From Octopus vulgaris (lineage: Eukaryota): a stretch of DNA of 64,000 nucleotides. The translations under genes were made by a program, and so were the position numbers. This document shows positions 50,947 through 63,530 of this stretch, one piece after another; within the stretch, counting starts at the first letter, position 1, and each line of letters begins with the position of its first letter. The notes beneath the pieces were generated by a model. It did no database searches, had not been told where the DNA came from, and worked only from the letters and a program-made list of their open reading frames with translations. Where the stretch lies: positions 7,502,001-7,566,000 of the forward strand of contig OX597842.1 of NCBI GenBank assembly GCA_951406725.2, read 5' to 3'.

Positions 50947-51343
50947 CTAGCAGTATCGCCCGGCGTTGCTCGGGTTTGTAAGGGAAATAACTATATAAGC
51001 ATTTTTAGAGATGTAAAGTATAATAGCCTTCTCAATATGGCTAACCACAAAGAGGGGGTTGTTACTGTAGCTTTTTACGTTCTGAGATTTAATAATAATT
51101 TTTTAGAGAGTTACTTCCCTTATATATGCCAAAAATGCATTAAAAATGGGAAAAATTGATGGTAAATTTTTTTTTTAATCGTAGACTCATCGTAGTCGCA
51201 CGCCAATACCCAGAAGGGCTCGATATGAATGACGACTATAAGATACCCGGTTTTGGTTAAACTGCACCGGAAAATGTGGGAGTAGTTAGGAATCTAAATC
51301 GTAGGAGACAGACACCACACAATTTCAGTTTTATATATAAAGA
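50947..51343 (-). mobile_element. Non-autonomous Helitron (9426 family)
   Basis: TC...hairpin-CTAG termini; empty-site paralogue at 47141-47172. Confidence 0.88.
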
Positions 51344-51593
51344 TTATTGTTTATATTTTGAATATAATGTATATATTTCATCTTTGTTGCACTTACTGAG
51401 AGGTTATTCAACACCTCAGTGAGTGCAGGTACTCAAAATCAGAATCCCTGCTCTGGCAACATCAGGGCAAAGATTTCTGTAAACAATCCTTAGCCACAGG
51501 ACAAATTGAAAAATTTCCTCTCCAGAACAGACCAGCCAGTTGATTTTCATTCACTCTCACCCAAATAAAAAACAAAAACAAAGCTATACTCAC

Positions 51594-51638
51594 TGCAATT
51601 GCATTAAGTAGAGACTGAGCCAATGGTGGATTGTCATG
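51594..51638 (-). CDS. HID1: HID1 small exon (HDNPPLAQSLLNAIA)
   Basis: Not in ORF track; resembles human PLAESLLLAIA; tag/gtgagt; 45 nt. Confidence 0.9.
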
Positions 51639-52065
51639 CTAAAAAAGAAGAAAAGAACAAGTATTATATATATATATATATAATTCATACGATATAGTGT
51701 ATATTTAAACACATAAGGAATCCACTTATAGGAATTCTACACGCTAGAAAGAACAGCTAGGTTCTATAACCAAAAAAATTAGGGATAAAATTTGACAGGA
51801 ACAAATTGAAAATTGAAAAACATTTTCATTTTTCAATTTGTTCCTGTCGAATTTTATCCCTAATTTTTGTGGTTACAGAACCTAGCTGTTCTTTCTAGCG
51901 TGTTGAATTCCCTATAAATTGATTCCTTATGTGTTTAAATATACACTATATCGTATGACTAATATATAGTCTTTTTGACTAAATCTTTTACACGTTAGAC
52001 CACTGGAAATGTAAATTTTAATTAATTTCCATTTCCCTTTGATATGATTGTGTATATAAATATAT

Positions 52066-52452
52066 ACTCTCTCTTTTACTTGTTTCAGTCATTTGACTGC
52101 GGCCATGCTGGAGCACCGCCTTTAGTCGAGCAAATCGACCCCGGGACTTATTCTTTGTAAGCCCAGTACTTATTCTATCGGTCTCTTTTGCCGAACCGCT
52201 AAGTGACGGGGACATAAACACACCAGCATCGGTTGTCAAGCAATGCTAGGGGGACAAACACACACACAAATACATATGTACATATATATGACAGGCTTCT
52301 TTCAGTTTCTGTCTACCAAATCCACTCACAAGGCATTGGTCGGCCCGGGGCTATAGCAGAAGACACTTGCCCAAGATGCCACGCAGTGGGACTGAACCCG
52401 GAACCATGTGGTTGGTAAGCAAGCTACTTACCACACAGCCACTCCTGCGCCT
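52066..52452 (-). mobile_element. SINE family A
   Basis: Full-length copy. Confidence 0.85.
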
Positions 52453-53381
52453 CCACACAGCCACTCCTATATAAAATCATCATCATTCAACATCTGTTTT
52501 CCATGCTGACAGTTTGACAGGAGCTGACAAGGCCAGGAGCTACACCAGGTTACATTGTTTGTTTTGGCATATTTTCTACAGCTGGATGCCCTTCCTAATG
52601 CCCACCACTTTACAGAGTGTACTGGGTGCTTATAATGTGGCACCAGCACAAGTGCTGTATCATTTCTTTTATGTTTTACTTGTTGCAGTCATTAAATTGT
52701 GGCCATGCTGAAGCACTGCCTCGAAATTTCAGTCAAGTGTATCAACCCCAGGACTTAAATTTTTATAGCCTGGTAATTGTTCTATCATTCTCTTTTGCTG
52801 AACTGCTAAGTTACATGAATGAAAATATATCAGCACTTATCAAGTGGTGGTAGTGGTGCGGGGAATAAACAGACACAAAGACACACACACACACTCACAG
52901 ATACATATATATGATGGGCTTCTTTCAGTTTCTATCTACCAAATACACTCACAAGGCTTTGGTCAACCCAAAGCTATAGTAGAAGGCACCTGCCCAAGGT
53001 GCCACACAATGAAGGTTTTGAAGCAAGCTTCTTACTACACAGCCACACCTGAGCATATATATATAAAACAGGCTTCTTCCTGTTTCCATCTATGACATCC
53101 ATTCACAAGCCTTAATTTGGTCCAGGACTAAATCAGAGACGCTTGCCCAAGGTTCCATGCAGTGGGACTGAACCCAAGTCAACATGGTTGAGAAGCAAGC
53201 TTCTTAACCACACAACCAAGCCTGTGTCTATATTTATAAATATATATATATATATATAAATATGTATGTATGTATGTATGTATGAATGCCATGAAGCAGT
53301 AAAGGTGCCATGCAATGGGATTGATCTCACCAGAGTGTAGTTGTGATACAAACTTCTTAACAAAAGAACAATTTGACTTAC

Positions 53382-53485
53382 CTCGTCCACTTGACCAGGT
53401 AATGTGGACCAGAAGAAGCCACGCCAGTCAGGGTCTTCAAAGATATAGGGTAAAATCCGAGACAACAGGCGTACACAGTTTAATA
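53382..53485 (-). CDS. HID1: HID1 exon (VLNCVRLLSRILPYIFEDPDWRGFFWSTLPGQVDE)
   Basis: Conserved LPYIFEDPDWRGFFWST motif; cag/gtaagt; phase 1 to 0; 104 nt. Confidence 0.95.
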
Positions 53486-53574
53486 CTGGGTAGAGTCAGA
53501 CAGATTTGGTGAAGGAAGAAAGTCGGGGAGAGAGAAGTGAGAGAAAGATTAAACACACAATAAGGCAGTTTTAC

Positions 53575-53607
<33 letters not shown>

Positions 53608-53799
53608 GTGCTAATAATAGTAACGATAATAATCTATCAGATTTATATATATATACTCTTTTACTTGTTTGTCATTTTACTGTGGCCACGCTGGAGCACC
53701 ACCTTTAGTCGAAGAAATCGACCCCAGGGCTTATTCTTTGTAAGCCTAGTACTTATTCTTTCGGTCTCTTTTGCCAAACATTGGTCATATGTTAGTGTG

Positions 53800-54092
53800 T
53801 GTATATAAAAATTTTTTGTGTAATGAGATAAAAAAACCAAGGCTGTGTAGATATTAGAACATTTATAGGTAGAAGGTCTTATAGTTGTTTCCAGGATATT
53901 TATTAATTATATCCCTTCATCGAAGACGGTGTGAGAGGATGAGTTATTACTTAACCATCCTCTCACACCGTCTGCAATTAAGGGAAATAATTAATGAATA
54001 TCCTGGAAACAGCTGTAAGACCTATCTATAAATCTTCTAATATCTACACAGCTTTGGTTTTTTATCTCATTACACAAAAAATTCTTATATAC
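53800..54092. mobile_element. Inverted duplication of the 48810-48960 hammerhead-bearing repeat, cores decayed
   Basis: Arms of about 140 bp; cores TCGATGA (-) and GCAATTA (+). Confidence 0.7.
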
Positions 54093-54125
54093 ATACATGC
54101 ATGCACACACCCTAAAGGATATATA

Positions 54126-54410
54126 TCATCATCATTTAGCATCCGCTTTCCATGCTAGCATGGGTTGGACGGTTCAACTGGGGTCTGGGAAGCCAGAAGG
54201 CTGCACCAGGCCCAGTCTGATCTGGCAATGTTTCTATGGCTGGATGCCCTTCCTAATGCCAACCACTCCGTGAGTGTTGTGGGTGCTTTTTATGTGCCAC
54301 CGACACAGGTGCCAGACGGGGCTGGCAAACGGCCACAGTTGGATGGTGCTTTTTACATGCCACCGGCACGGGGGCCAGGCGAGGCTGGCAACGGCCACGA
54401 TCGGATGGCA
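54126..54410 (-). mobile_element. RTE-LINE 3'UTR fragment (also 44971-45137 and 55174-55461)
   Basis: Terminal block and units. Confidence 0.8.
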
Positions 54411-54859
54411 ATATATATATATATTGTATAGAGGGCATTATTATACATAAATGCGTAGTTCTATATCACCTGTGATTTCACACTTACGCGTGATGCGTTA
54501 AGTGTGAAATCACAGGTGATATAGAACTAAATTCATTTTTTTAAATGTCTTGCTTCGAATACTGCATTAGGTACGATTAGTTAAATTTTGGTAGTAATGA
54601 CTTATGTCCCTCTTAGCGTGAGGCATTTATGTGTAATAATGCCCTCTATACAATATAAATTAATATTTTCAGGAAAAAAATTATTTTCGAATTTTTTCTC
54701 TTATGAGGTTTTTCACGCTAACTACCTGATAATTTCTTGTTAAGATTCCTTATTAAGAAGTTATCCTTAATTGTTAAATTTATATATATATATATATATA
54801 TACACATACATGTTATCCTTAAGTATATATATTTACCAATAATTGAGATGGTGACTCAC

Positions 54860-55073
54860 CTGTTTGTTGGTCTTTCTGTGAAGGGCATCCACAGTCTGCG
54901 GCAACAACTAACTTTTCCACAGCTTTGTAGCAAAGGGTGGCCAAGTTAGAAGGAGATTCTTCACGTAGGGCTCGGATCTCAGCGGCCGGGATGAGAGTGA
55001 AAACATCCTGAACTGTAGTGACACTGTCTGACCAAAACTGCTCCCAGAACGCCTCATCGTTAGCTTCAATTGG
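54860..55073 (-). CDS. HID1: HID1 coding exon, first in window (PIEANDEAFWEQFW...QKDQQT)
   Basis: Translation matches the HID1 N-terminus from memory (IPAAEIRALREESPSNLATLCYKAVEKL); cag acceptor, gtgagt donor; 214 nt. Confidence 0.95.
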
Positions 55074-55457
55074 CTGAAATACACAGACACACAACACATA
55101 TATAGGCACCTATAGAAATACAGGCATATAAATATAATATATAAATAAATACATTTGTACATACATATATATATCATCATCATCATCATTTAGCGTCCGT
55201 TTTCCATGCTAGCATGGGTTGGACGGTTCAACTGGGGTCTGTGAAGCCAGAAGGCTGTACCAGACTCCAGTCTGATCTGGCAGTGTTTCTACGGCTGGAT
55301 GCCCTTCCTAACGCCAAACGCTCCGCGAGTGTAGTGGGTGCTTTTTACGCGCCACCCGCACAGGAGCCAGACGGAACTGGCAAACGGCCACGAACGGATG
55401 GTGCTTTTACGTGCCACCAGCACGGGGGCCAGGCGAGGCTGGCAACGGACACGAACG

Positions 55458-55493
<36 letters not shown>

Positions 55494-55523
55494 TATCGCC
55501 TTGTGCCTATATGCTAGCCTTGG

Positions 55524-55618
55524 CTTCCTGCTGAAGATGGCAACGCCAATCGTAAATTAAAATTAATTTTATTTTATTTACAAAAGATTGCCGAAACTAT
55601 GCATAGTCCAAAAAGGAG
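55524..55618 (+). ncRNA. Type-I hammerhead ribozyme with extended stem II
   Basis: CTGAAGA-t-ggcaa...ttgcc-GAAAC tatgcata GTC; stem I weak. Confidence 0.65.
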
Positions 55619-56401
55619 AGGGTAAACGTTTTTATTTCTCTTTCCATTTCAGAATTACAACTATTAGTGGTTTGGAGTTTAACTGCTCTTTCTAGTGAGT
55701 CAGATGTCCTATTATGGCCATCTCATATGTGTTTAAATGTATATTATATAGTCTATTGACTATTTTTTCCTTCTCACTAGACCACTGGTAGCAGAGAATT
55801 TTTCTAGAATTTTTTTTGCTACCCTAAAATTTATAAATATATATATATATATATATATACTTTATTTGTTTCAGTCATTTGACTGGCCATGCTGCAGCAC
55901 TTCCTCAAAGACTTTTAATTGAAGAAATCAGCCTCAGGACTTATTCTTTGTAAGCCTATTTCTTATTCTATTGGTCCCTTATGACAAACCGCTAAATTAT
56001 GGGGTTGTAAACACACCAGCATGGGTTTTCAAGCAATGGTGGGTGGACAAACACATGCACAAAGACACACACACATATATACATACGCATACATACATAC
56101 ATATATACATACATACATATGCATATCTGGACACAGGATGTAACAAAACGTAAACAACAAAAGATATATCCTCATACTTTGTATTTTTTCTTATTTATTG
56201 TTTTGTGATGTCTTGTGCCCACATATACGTATGTATATACATATACATGTAAGTCTGTACGTATACATATATATATATATGCATTATATGTGCTGAAGAT
56301 TTTCTATTTTGGATATATTTGGGGTACTTAGGTCTGCTCGGGACTTAGTGCTTACTTTTTCAATGAGTATGAGTAAGTATTTCATTTATGTCTTACGTAT
56401 T

Positions 56402-56460
56402 TATCGCTGAGGAGGGGAAAATTCTTATGAATTAACCCCGAAATTGGGACCAATACAGTA
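56402..56460 (+). ncRNA. Type-I hammerhead ribozyme
   Basis: tatcg-CTGAGGA-gggg..cccc-GAAA-ttgg ga ccaa-TA-cagta. Confidence 0.65.
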
Positions 56461-56832
56461 ATAACGGATTTTTTTAGAAATTTCTATCGGCTTATTTTGA
56501 GACAAATAAATTATAATGATTATTGACAATTTTGTCTTTTTCAGCATATTTGGCATTAGAATTTTTCTTTTGCCCTTATTTTATATGTTATATATATATA
56601 TTATTCATATTATTATATGATTGAACACCATGCATCCTTTTCCAAGTAAGTTTTATCTATATATCATGAAGTATATTTGCCACCTAAATGTGGCTAACCC
56701 TTAAGGGTTGATGCTACTGTAGCTTGTAGGCCCAGGAAGACATTGCCTCCAGCTGACTATTGACACATTATCTGTGCCCTATCAAGATTTGCAAAGAGAA
56801 GTCATCGTTCCCGTCTTCAACCTGACGTGATA

Positions 56833-56877
56833 CACACGGACCCGGGTTTCTGGATATTGACCTGTCATCAGCGTGTG
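56833..56877 (-). ncRNA. Type-I hammerhead ribozyme within a direct-repeat unit
   Basis: cacacg-CTGATGA-(weak stem II)-GAAAC ccgg GTC-cgtgtg. Confidence 0.72.
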
Positions 56878-57425
56878 ACAACCACATGTTGATGGGAAGT
56901 GATTCTCAACGCAGATATATACTTTTTCCAGTGATGAAAAGTCACTGATCTCGAAAAAGTGGAAACAAACAATGATAAATCTCTGAGCAAGATATAAACA
57001 GTAGCTGCATGACATCGGGAAATATATTTACCACCTAAATGTGGCTAACCCTTAAGGGTTGATACTACTGTAGCTTGTAGCCCCAGGAAGACATCTCCTC
57101 CAGCTGACTATTGACACACTTTAAGATGGGCTTCTTTCAGTTTCTGTCTACCAAATCCACTCACAAGGTTTTAGTTAACTCAAGGGTACTGTAGAAAACA
57201 TAGATACACACACACACACAGATGCATACATATACACATACATATCTATACACACACACATACACACTTCCCAATAAATCTATAAGCATAATTGTATGTA
57301 ATAAATACAAAGTTCTCAAAACTGTAAAGTAGAGCTAAAAACCATGTAATCAGACAAAAATATAGACATAAAAATACAATACAAAATACAAATATATACT
57401 ATTAATATACTATTAAACCACATAA

Positions 57426-57459
<34 letters not shown>

Positions 57460-58049
57460 CATGAATGTGTTTGAGTTTGTGTATGTATGTGTATGTATGC
57501 ATGAGTGCATGTACATGTGTGTGTGTGTGTTTGTGGGTACCAAATGTTAACTGAAAGAGAAATTAATGATGGAAGTGTTGAACAATTCTGACAAATAGTT
57601 TGTTTATTTTGAACCACGGGAGTCTGTTTGAGTAACAGCTGTTTATTTTGAGCGACAGATGCAGGATGTGAAGTGAATAGAAGGATGGTGGGACACATAT
57701 ATTTGTTCATATATAACATGTGTGTAGGTGTGTCAAACAATGTATACTAAACTGGCAACCCCACTGAGCCCCTTCAGGTGAGGGGTGTGATTTTTGGGTG
57801 CCACCACAGGATAAAAGACAAAATCTGACAAAGAGCAATAAACTCAGTAAAATAAAGGACTGCCTCATCTTTTATTACAGTGGTCCTCAAATCCGTCCTA
57901 GTGGAGCGCTAAGAGCACCATTCAAGCGTGATTGTTGCCAGAGCAGCAAACTGGCTTCTGTGCCAGTGGCACGTAAAAAGCACCATTTGAGCATGATCGT
58001 TACCTGCGTCGCCTTACTGGCACATGAAAAACATTCAAGCACAGTTTAA

Positions 58050-58490
58050 GCTATCTTTTCGTGGAAGAAGGTTTATATTCCTATAACTTGTGTTAATTTT
58101 GTAACCCTTTAAAATGGAAGATAAGAAAGTTCATTTTCGGCACTTGATGCTTTGGGAACCAGACAAAAATTGCTGCAGCTCAGCTGGGATGTGTTACCCC
58201 ACCCTCCATATTCACAAGATATTGCTCCTTTGGATTTCCACTTATTCAGGTCTCTGCAGAATAGTCTTAATGGTAAAAATGTCAATTCCTTGGATGAGGT
58301 AAAAAGATACCTTGATGAATTCTTTGCCATGAAACCACCTCAAGAGGGTATTTTCAAGTTAAAGGAAAGATGGAGATGCATTGTGCAACAAAATGGTTCA
58401 TATTTGGTTGATTAAAAATGTAATGGCAAGTATTTATTGGCTTTTTTCTTTCCTTTAAAAATCGGCACAAACTTTCCGGACAGCCCAATA
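58050..58490 (+). mobile_element. Internally deleted mariner transposon
   Basis: N-terminal MEDKKVHFRHLML joined to C-terminal LPHPPYSQDIAPLDFHLFRSL...GIFKLKERW; right-TIR-like end. Confidence 0.85.
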
Positions 58491-58902
58491 TTTAAAATTA
58501 ATTGAAAGAAACACAGAGCATCTCAACAGAAATACGGTAACAAAAGGATTAACGTGTGAAAAACAAAATAGGAATTTTGAAAGAGCTATAAAACTAGTTT
58601 TTAACATCGAATAGCTATGAGGCACCACCAGAATAAAACAGTAATCAAAGGGGTCCATACATTAAAAAAATGGTTGAGAAGCCCCTGTTCTATAATAGTA
58701 AATGTGAAATTCTGTCTGTCAGTCTGGGACCCCCCGTATCTCGGTCTATGTTTGCTCTACACTGACATATTTTACCATTTTGGAATCAGGATGATCTCAG
58801 GATTGAAAATCTGTCCTTCATTTGGTTCTTGAACATCCAGCATTAGGATCAGATCTGGATGAGGATTTGTTATATGCTAACAGTTGAAAATTCAAATTTT
58901 AA

Positions 58903-59119
58903 CCCTTTCGTTACTGTATTGATTTTGAGATGCTCTGTGTTTCTTTAAATCACTTTGACAATAATAAAGAATTTAGTAAAATAACTTATCATTAAGCTAG
59001 TGTTAGGAACATAAATTGTGACTAAGGTTTGGTGGAAGATTTTAATTCAGAACTTATGAAAACAAGACATTTGTACCACAGAGCCAGAGGCAGTTTCAGC
59101 TGGGTTGGTAATAAAAGGG
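58903..59119. mobile_element. TTAA-flanked piggyBac-type MITE
   Basis: ttaa-ccctttcgttac...gtaataaaaggg-ttaa; left end identical to that of the 35146 element. Confidence 0.75.
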
Positions 59120-59551
59120 TTAAAAGAACTCCAAAAATTTGTGAACTTAAAAGTTTTTCATTTAAACTGAATATAAAGTAATACCATACTGATAGGGTAA
59201 AACCATATTGGTAGGGTACCAATAAATGCTTTATTGGCAGAATCGTTAGCACACTGGGTGAAATGCTGAACAGTAATTCACCTGCCACTACATTGAGTTC
59301 AAATTCCACCGAGGTCAACTTTGCCTTATAAATTAAGCACCAGCTGAGTACTGGAGTTGATGTAATCAACTTAACCCCTCCCTCCAAATTTCAGCCCTAG
59401 TGCCTATAATAGAAAGGATCCCTACAGAGGAGCAAGCTTAAAAGTCCACACTCAGTGCAGCTTTTAAGCAAGTATATTATAAAAGAGAAGCTAGTCTCCA
59501 TCTGTCTGTCCGTCACAAGATATATGTGTAGGATGTGTAAGATGAACAATG

Positions 59552-59775
59552 CTCTTTTACTCTTTCTCTTTTGCTTGTTTCAGTCATTTGACTGCGGCCA
59601 TGCTGGAGCACCGCCTTTAATCGAGCAACTCGACCCCGGGACTTATTCTTTTGTAAGTCCAGTACTTATTCTATCGGTCTCTTTTGCCAAACCGCTAAGT
59701 GACGGGGACGTAAACACACCAGCATCGGTTGTCAAGCAATGCTAGGGGGACAAACACAGACACACAAACACACAC

Positions 59776-59815
<40 letters not shown>

Positions 59816-59970
59816 ACGGACTTCTTTCAGTTTCCATCTACCAAACCCATTCACAAGGCTTTGGTCGGCCCGAGGCTATAGTAGAAGACACTTGCCCAAG
59901 ATGCCACGCAGTGGGACTGAACCCGGAACCATGTGGTTGGTTAGCAAGCTACTTACCACACAGCCACTCG
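59552..59970 (-). mobile_element. SINE family A
   Basis: Full-length copy. Confidence 0.85.
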
Positions 59971-60544
59971 TGAAGTTTTAAGGAAATATTTATTTACCGT
60001 TACATTACAATACTTTGCCACGACGGGCAGGTTTTAATACATTCTAAAGGCGTGCGAAAGTTAGATGCGGTAGAATGTTTCTTTGCATAGTTTGGCGTAT
60101 ACGAATAGTTAATAGTAATCCACAAATAGATAAAAACTGGAATGGAAGCACTCCGTCGGTTCCGATGACGAGGGTTCCGGTTGATCCGAATCAACGGAAC
60201 AGCCTGCTCGTGAAATTAACGTGTAAGTGGCTGAACACTCCACAGACACATGTACCCTTAACGTAGTTCTCGGGGATATTCAGCGTGACACGGAGAGTGA
60301 CAAGGCCGGCCCTTTGAAATACAGGTACAACAGAAACAGGAAGTAAGAGTGAGAGAAAGTTGTGGTGAAAGAGTACAGCAGAGATCACCACCATCCCCTG
60401 CCGGAGCCTCGTGGAGCTTTTAGGTGTTTTTGCTCAATAAACACTCACAACGCCCGGTCTGGGGATTGAAACCGCGATCCTACGACCGCGAGTCCGCTGC
60501 CCTAACCACTGGGCCATTGCGCCTCCACAGATAAAAACTACAGT

Positions 60545-63228
60545 GGTGGTGGTGGTTGTTGTTTAGCCCCCAGATCAGTCTTGATCTACCAGGCTTATGA
60601 TCAAAAGTGATCCCACTATGACCATCCCCATCTTTTATTCTGACGTAAGTATTTCTAGGAGTACATTACCTAAAGTATAGTATTGCAATTAGTATTAGTA
60701 ACTATGGTTAATGTTTTTGTAGTCCTCGTTTAGCCTCAGGTCAGTCCAGCTCCAATAAACATATGATCAAAGACATTCCAGTCATGACCATCCCCATCTT
60801 TTATTCAGATATAAGTATTTCTAGGAGTACATTACCTAATGTATAGTATTGCAATTAGTATTAGTAACTATAGTTGATGTTTTTGCAGTCCTTGTTTAGC
60901 CTCAGGTCAGTCCCACTCCAATAAACATACGATCAAAGACATTCCAGTCGTGACCATCCCATCTTTTATTCAGACATATTGTACCTAGGACTACATTATC
61001 TAATGTATAGAATAGAAGTATTAGTGGCTGTAGTAGTGGTGATAGTAGTAGTTGTTGTTGATGTTTAGCCCCAGGTCAGTCCAGCTCCAACAGAACTTTG
61101 ATCAAAAGAGTTCCAGCTGTGACCATCCCATCTGTTACTCAAAGAGTGTCTAGGACTACATTATCAAATGTATAGTAGAAAAGTATTACTGGCCATAGTA
61201 GCAGTTTTTGCTGTTTAGCCCCAGGTCAGCCCTGATCCAGGAGACAGAACTATGATCAAAGATGTTCCACCTGTGACCATTTCATTCTTTTATCTAAACA
61301 GTGTATCTAGGACTACAGTATTTAATGTATAGTATAGTAGTTAATGTGGAGGCAAATGGCCTAGTGGTTAGAGCAGCGGAATTGCAGTCGAGAGATCGCG
61401 AGTTCGAATCTCAGACCAGGCGATGTATGTGTTTATGAGCAAAACACCTAAGCTCCACACAGCTCCTGCAGAAGTTAATGGCAAACTTCTGCTGACTTTT
61501 TGCCACAACTTTCTCTCACTCTTTCCTTCTACATCTTGCAGCTCACCTGTGACGACCAGCATCCCATCCAGGTGGGGAACCTAAACGCCAAGGAGACTGG
61601 TAAACCGGCCCTTATGAACCAGGCGTGGCTCGAGAAAGAACAAACAACATGTATATATATGTATATATATATGGTGGAGACACATGGCCTAGTGGTTAGA
61701 GCAGCGGAATCGTGGTCAAGGGATCATGGGTTCGAATCTCAGACCGGGCGATGTGTGTGTTTATGAGTGAAACCCCTAAGCTCCACGCGGCTCCGGCAGA
61801 AGGTAATGGTGAACTTCTGCTGACTCTTTTGCCACAACTTTCTCTCACTCTTTCCTCCTGCATCACGTGCAGGTGGGGAACCTATACGTCAAGGAAACCG
61901 GGAAACCGGCCCTTATGAGCCAGGCATGGCTCAAGAAGGAACAATATAGTTGTTAATAAAGATTCCAAGTTTTGGCACAAGGCCAGCAATTTTGGGGGTG
62001 AGGTTGAGTCAGATACACAACCCCAGTAATCAACTTGTACTTATTTCATCAACCCCCAAAAGGATGAGAGGCAAAGTCAACCCTGGAGGAATTTGAACTC
62101 AGAACTTGAAGACAGACGAAATACCACTAAGCTAAGCATTTACCTGGCATGCTAATGATTCTGCCAGCTCACTGCCTAAGTGTAATAGTTAATGTTAGAG
62201 GATATAGCTGTTGTTTAGCCCCAGGTCAGTCTTAATCCAGCAGATCTATGATCAAATACGTTTCAGCTGTTACCACAAAGTGTACCTAAGACATTATTTA
62301 ATGTGTATTATTGTAGTTATTATTAATGGCTATGGTCGTTGTTTAGCCCGGGGTCAGTCCTGATCCAGTAGACCTATGATCAAAGATGTCCCAGCTGTGA
62401 CCATCTCGTCTTTTATTCAAACATAGTGTATCTAGGACTACATTATCTAATGTATAGTATAGTCATCAGTATTAATGGCTGTGGTTGTTGTTTAACCAAG
62501 GGTCAGTCCTGATCCAGTAGACCTATGATCAAAGATGTCCCAGCTGTGACTATCTCATCTTTTATTCACACATAGTGTATCTAGGACTACATTATCTAAT
62601 GTATAGTATAGTCGTTAGTATTAGTGGCTATAGTTGTTTAGCCCCAGGTCAATCCTGATCCAGTAGACTTATGATCAAAGATGTCCCAGCTGTGACCATC
62701 TCCTTTTTTTATTTAGGTATAGTGTATCTAGGACTACATTATCTAATGTAAAGTATAGTCGTTAGTATTAGTGGCTATAGCTGTTTAGCCCCAGGTCAAT
62801 CCTGATCCAACAGGCCTAAGATCAAGTATACTCTAGCTGTGACCATCCCGTCTTTTATTCAGGCATAGTATATCTAGGACTATACTATGTAATGTATAGT
62901 GTAGTGATTAGTATTAGTGGCTATAGTTGTTGTTTGGCCCTAGGTCAGTCCTGATCCAGTAGACCTATGATCAAAGATGTCCCAGCTGTGACCATCTCGT
63001 CTTTTATTCAAACATAGTGTATCTAGGACTACATTATCTAATGTATATTATAGTAGTCAATATTAGTAACTATAGTTGTTGTTGTTGCTTATCTCCAGGT
63101 CAGTCCTCATCTACCAGACCTACAATCAAAGGTGTTCCAGCTGTGACCATCCTGTCTTTTATTTAGGCATAGTGTATCTAGAACTACATTATTTAATGTA
63201 TAGTGTAGTAATTAGTATTAGTGGATAT
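60545..63228 (-). repeat. Array of ~146-170-bp units (same family as 23590), interrupted by SINEs
   Basis: Periods of 146-149 measured at 62341-62932. Confidence 0.88.
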
Positions 63229-63231
63229 GTG

Positions 63232-63530
63232 TAGAGGCACGTGGCTTAATGGTTAGGATGTTGGACTCATGATTGTAAGATTGTGGTTTCGATTCCTGGA
63301 CCAGGCGATGCATTGTGTTCTTCAGCAAAACACTTCACTTCACTTTGCTCCAGTCCATTCAGCTAAAGAAATGAGTACCCCTAGTGGAGGTGCATGGCTT
63401 AGTGGTTAGGGTGTTGGATTCATAACCATAAGATTGTGGTTTCGATCTCTGAACCAGGCAATGCATCGTGTTCTTGAGCAAAATACTTCATTTCATGTTG
63501 CTCCAGTTCACTCAGCTGCAGAAATGAGTT
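63232..63530 (+). mobile_element. Two tandem SINE family D heads
   Basis: A/B boxes and gtgttcttgagcaa core. Confidence 0.7.
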
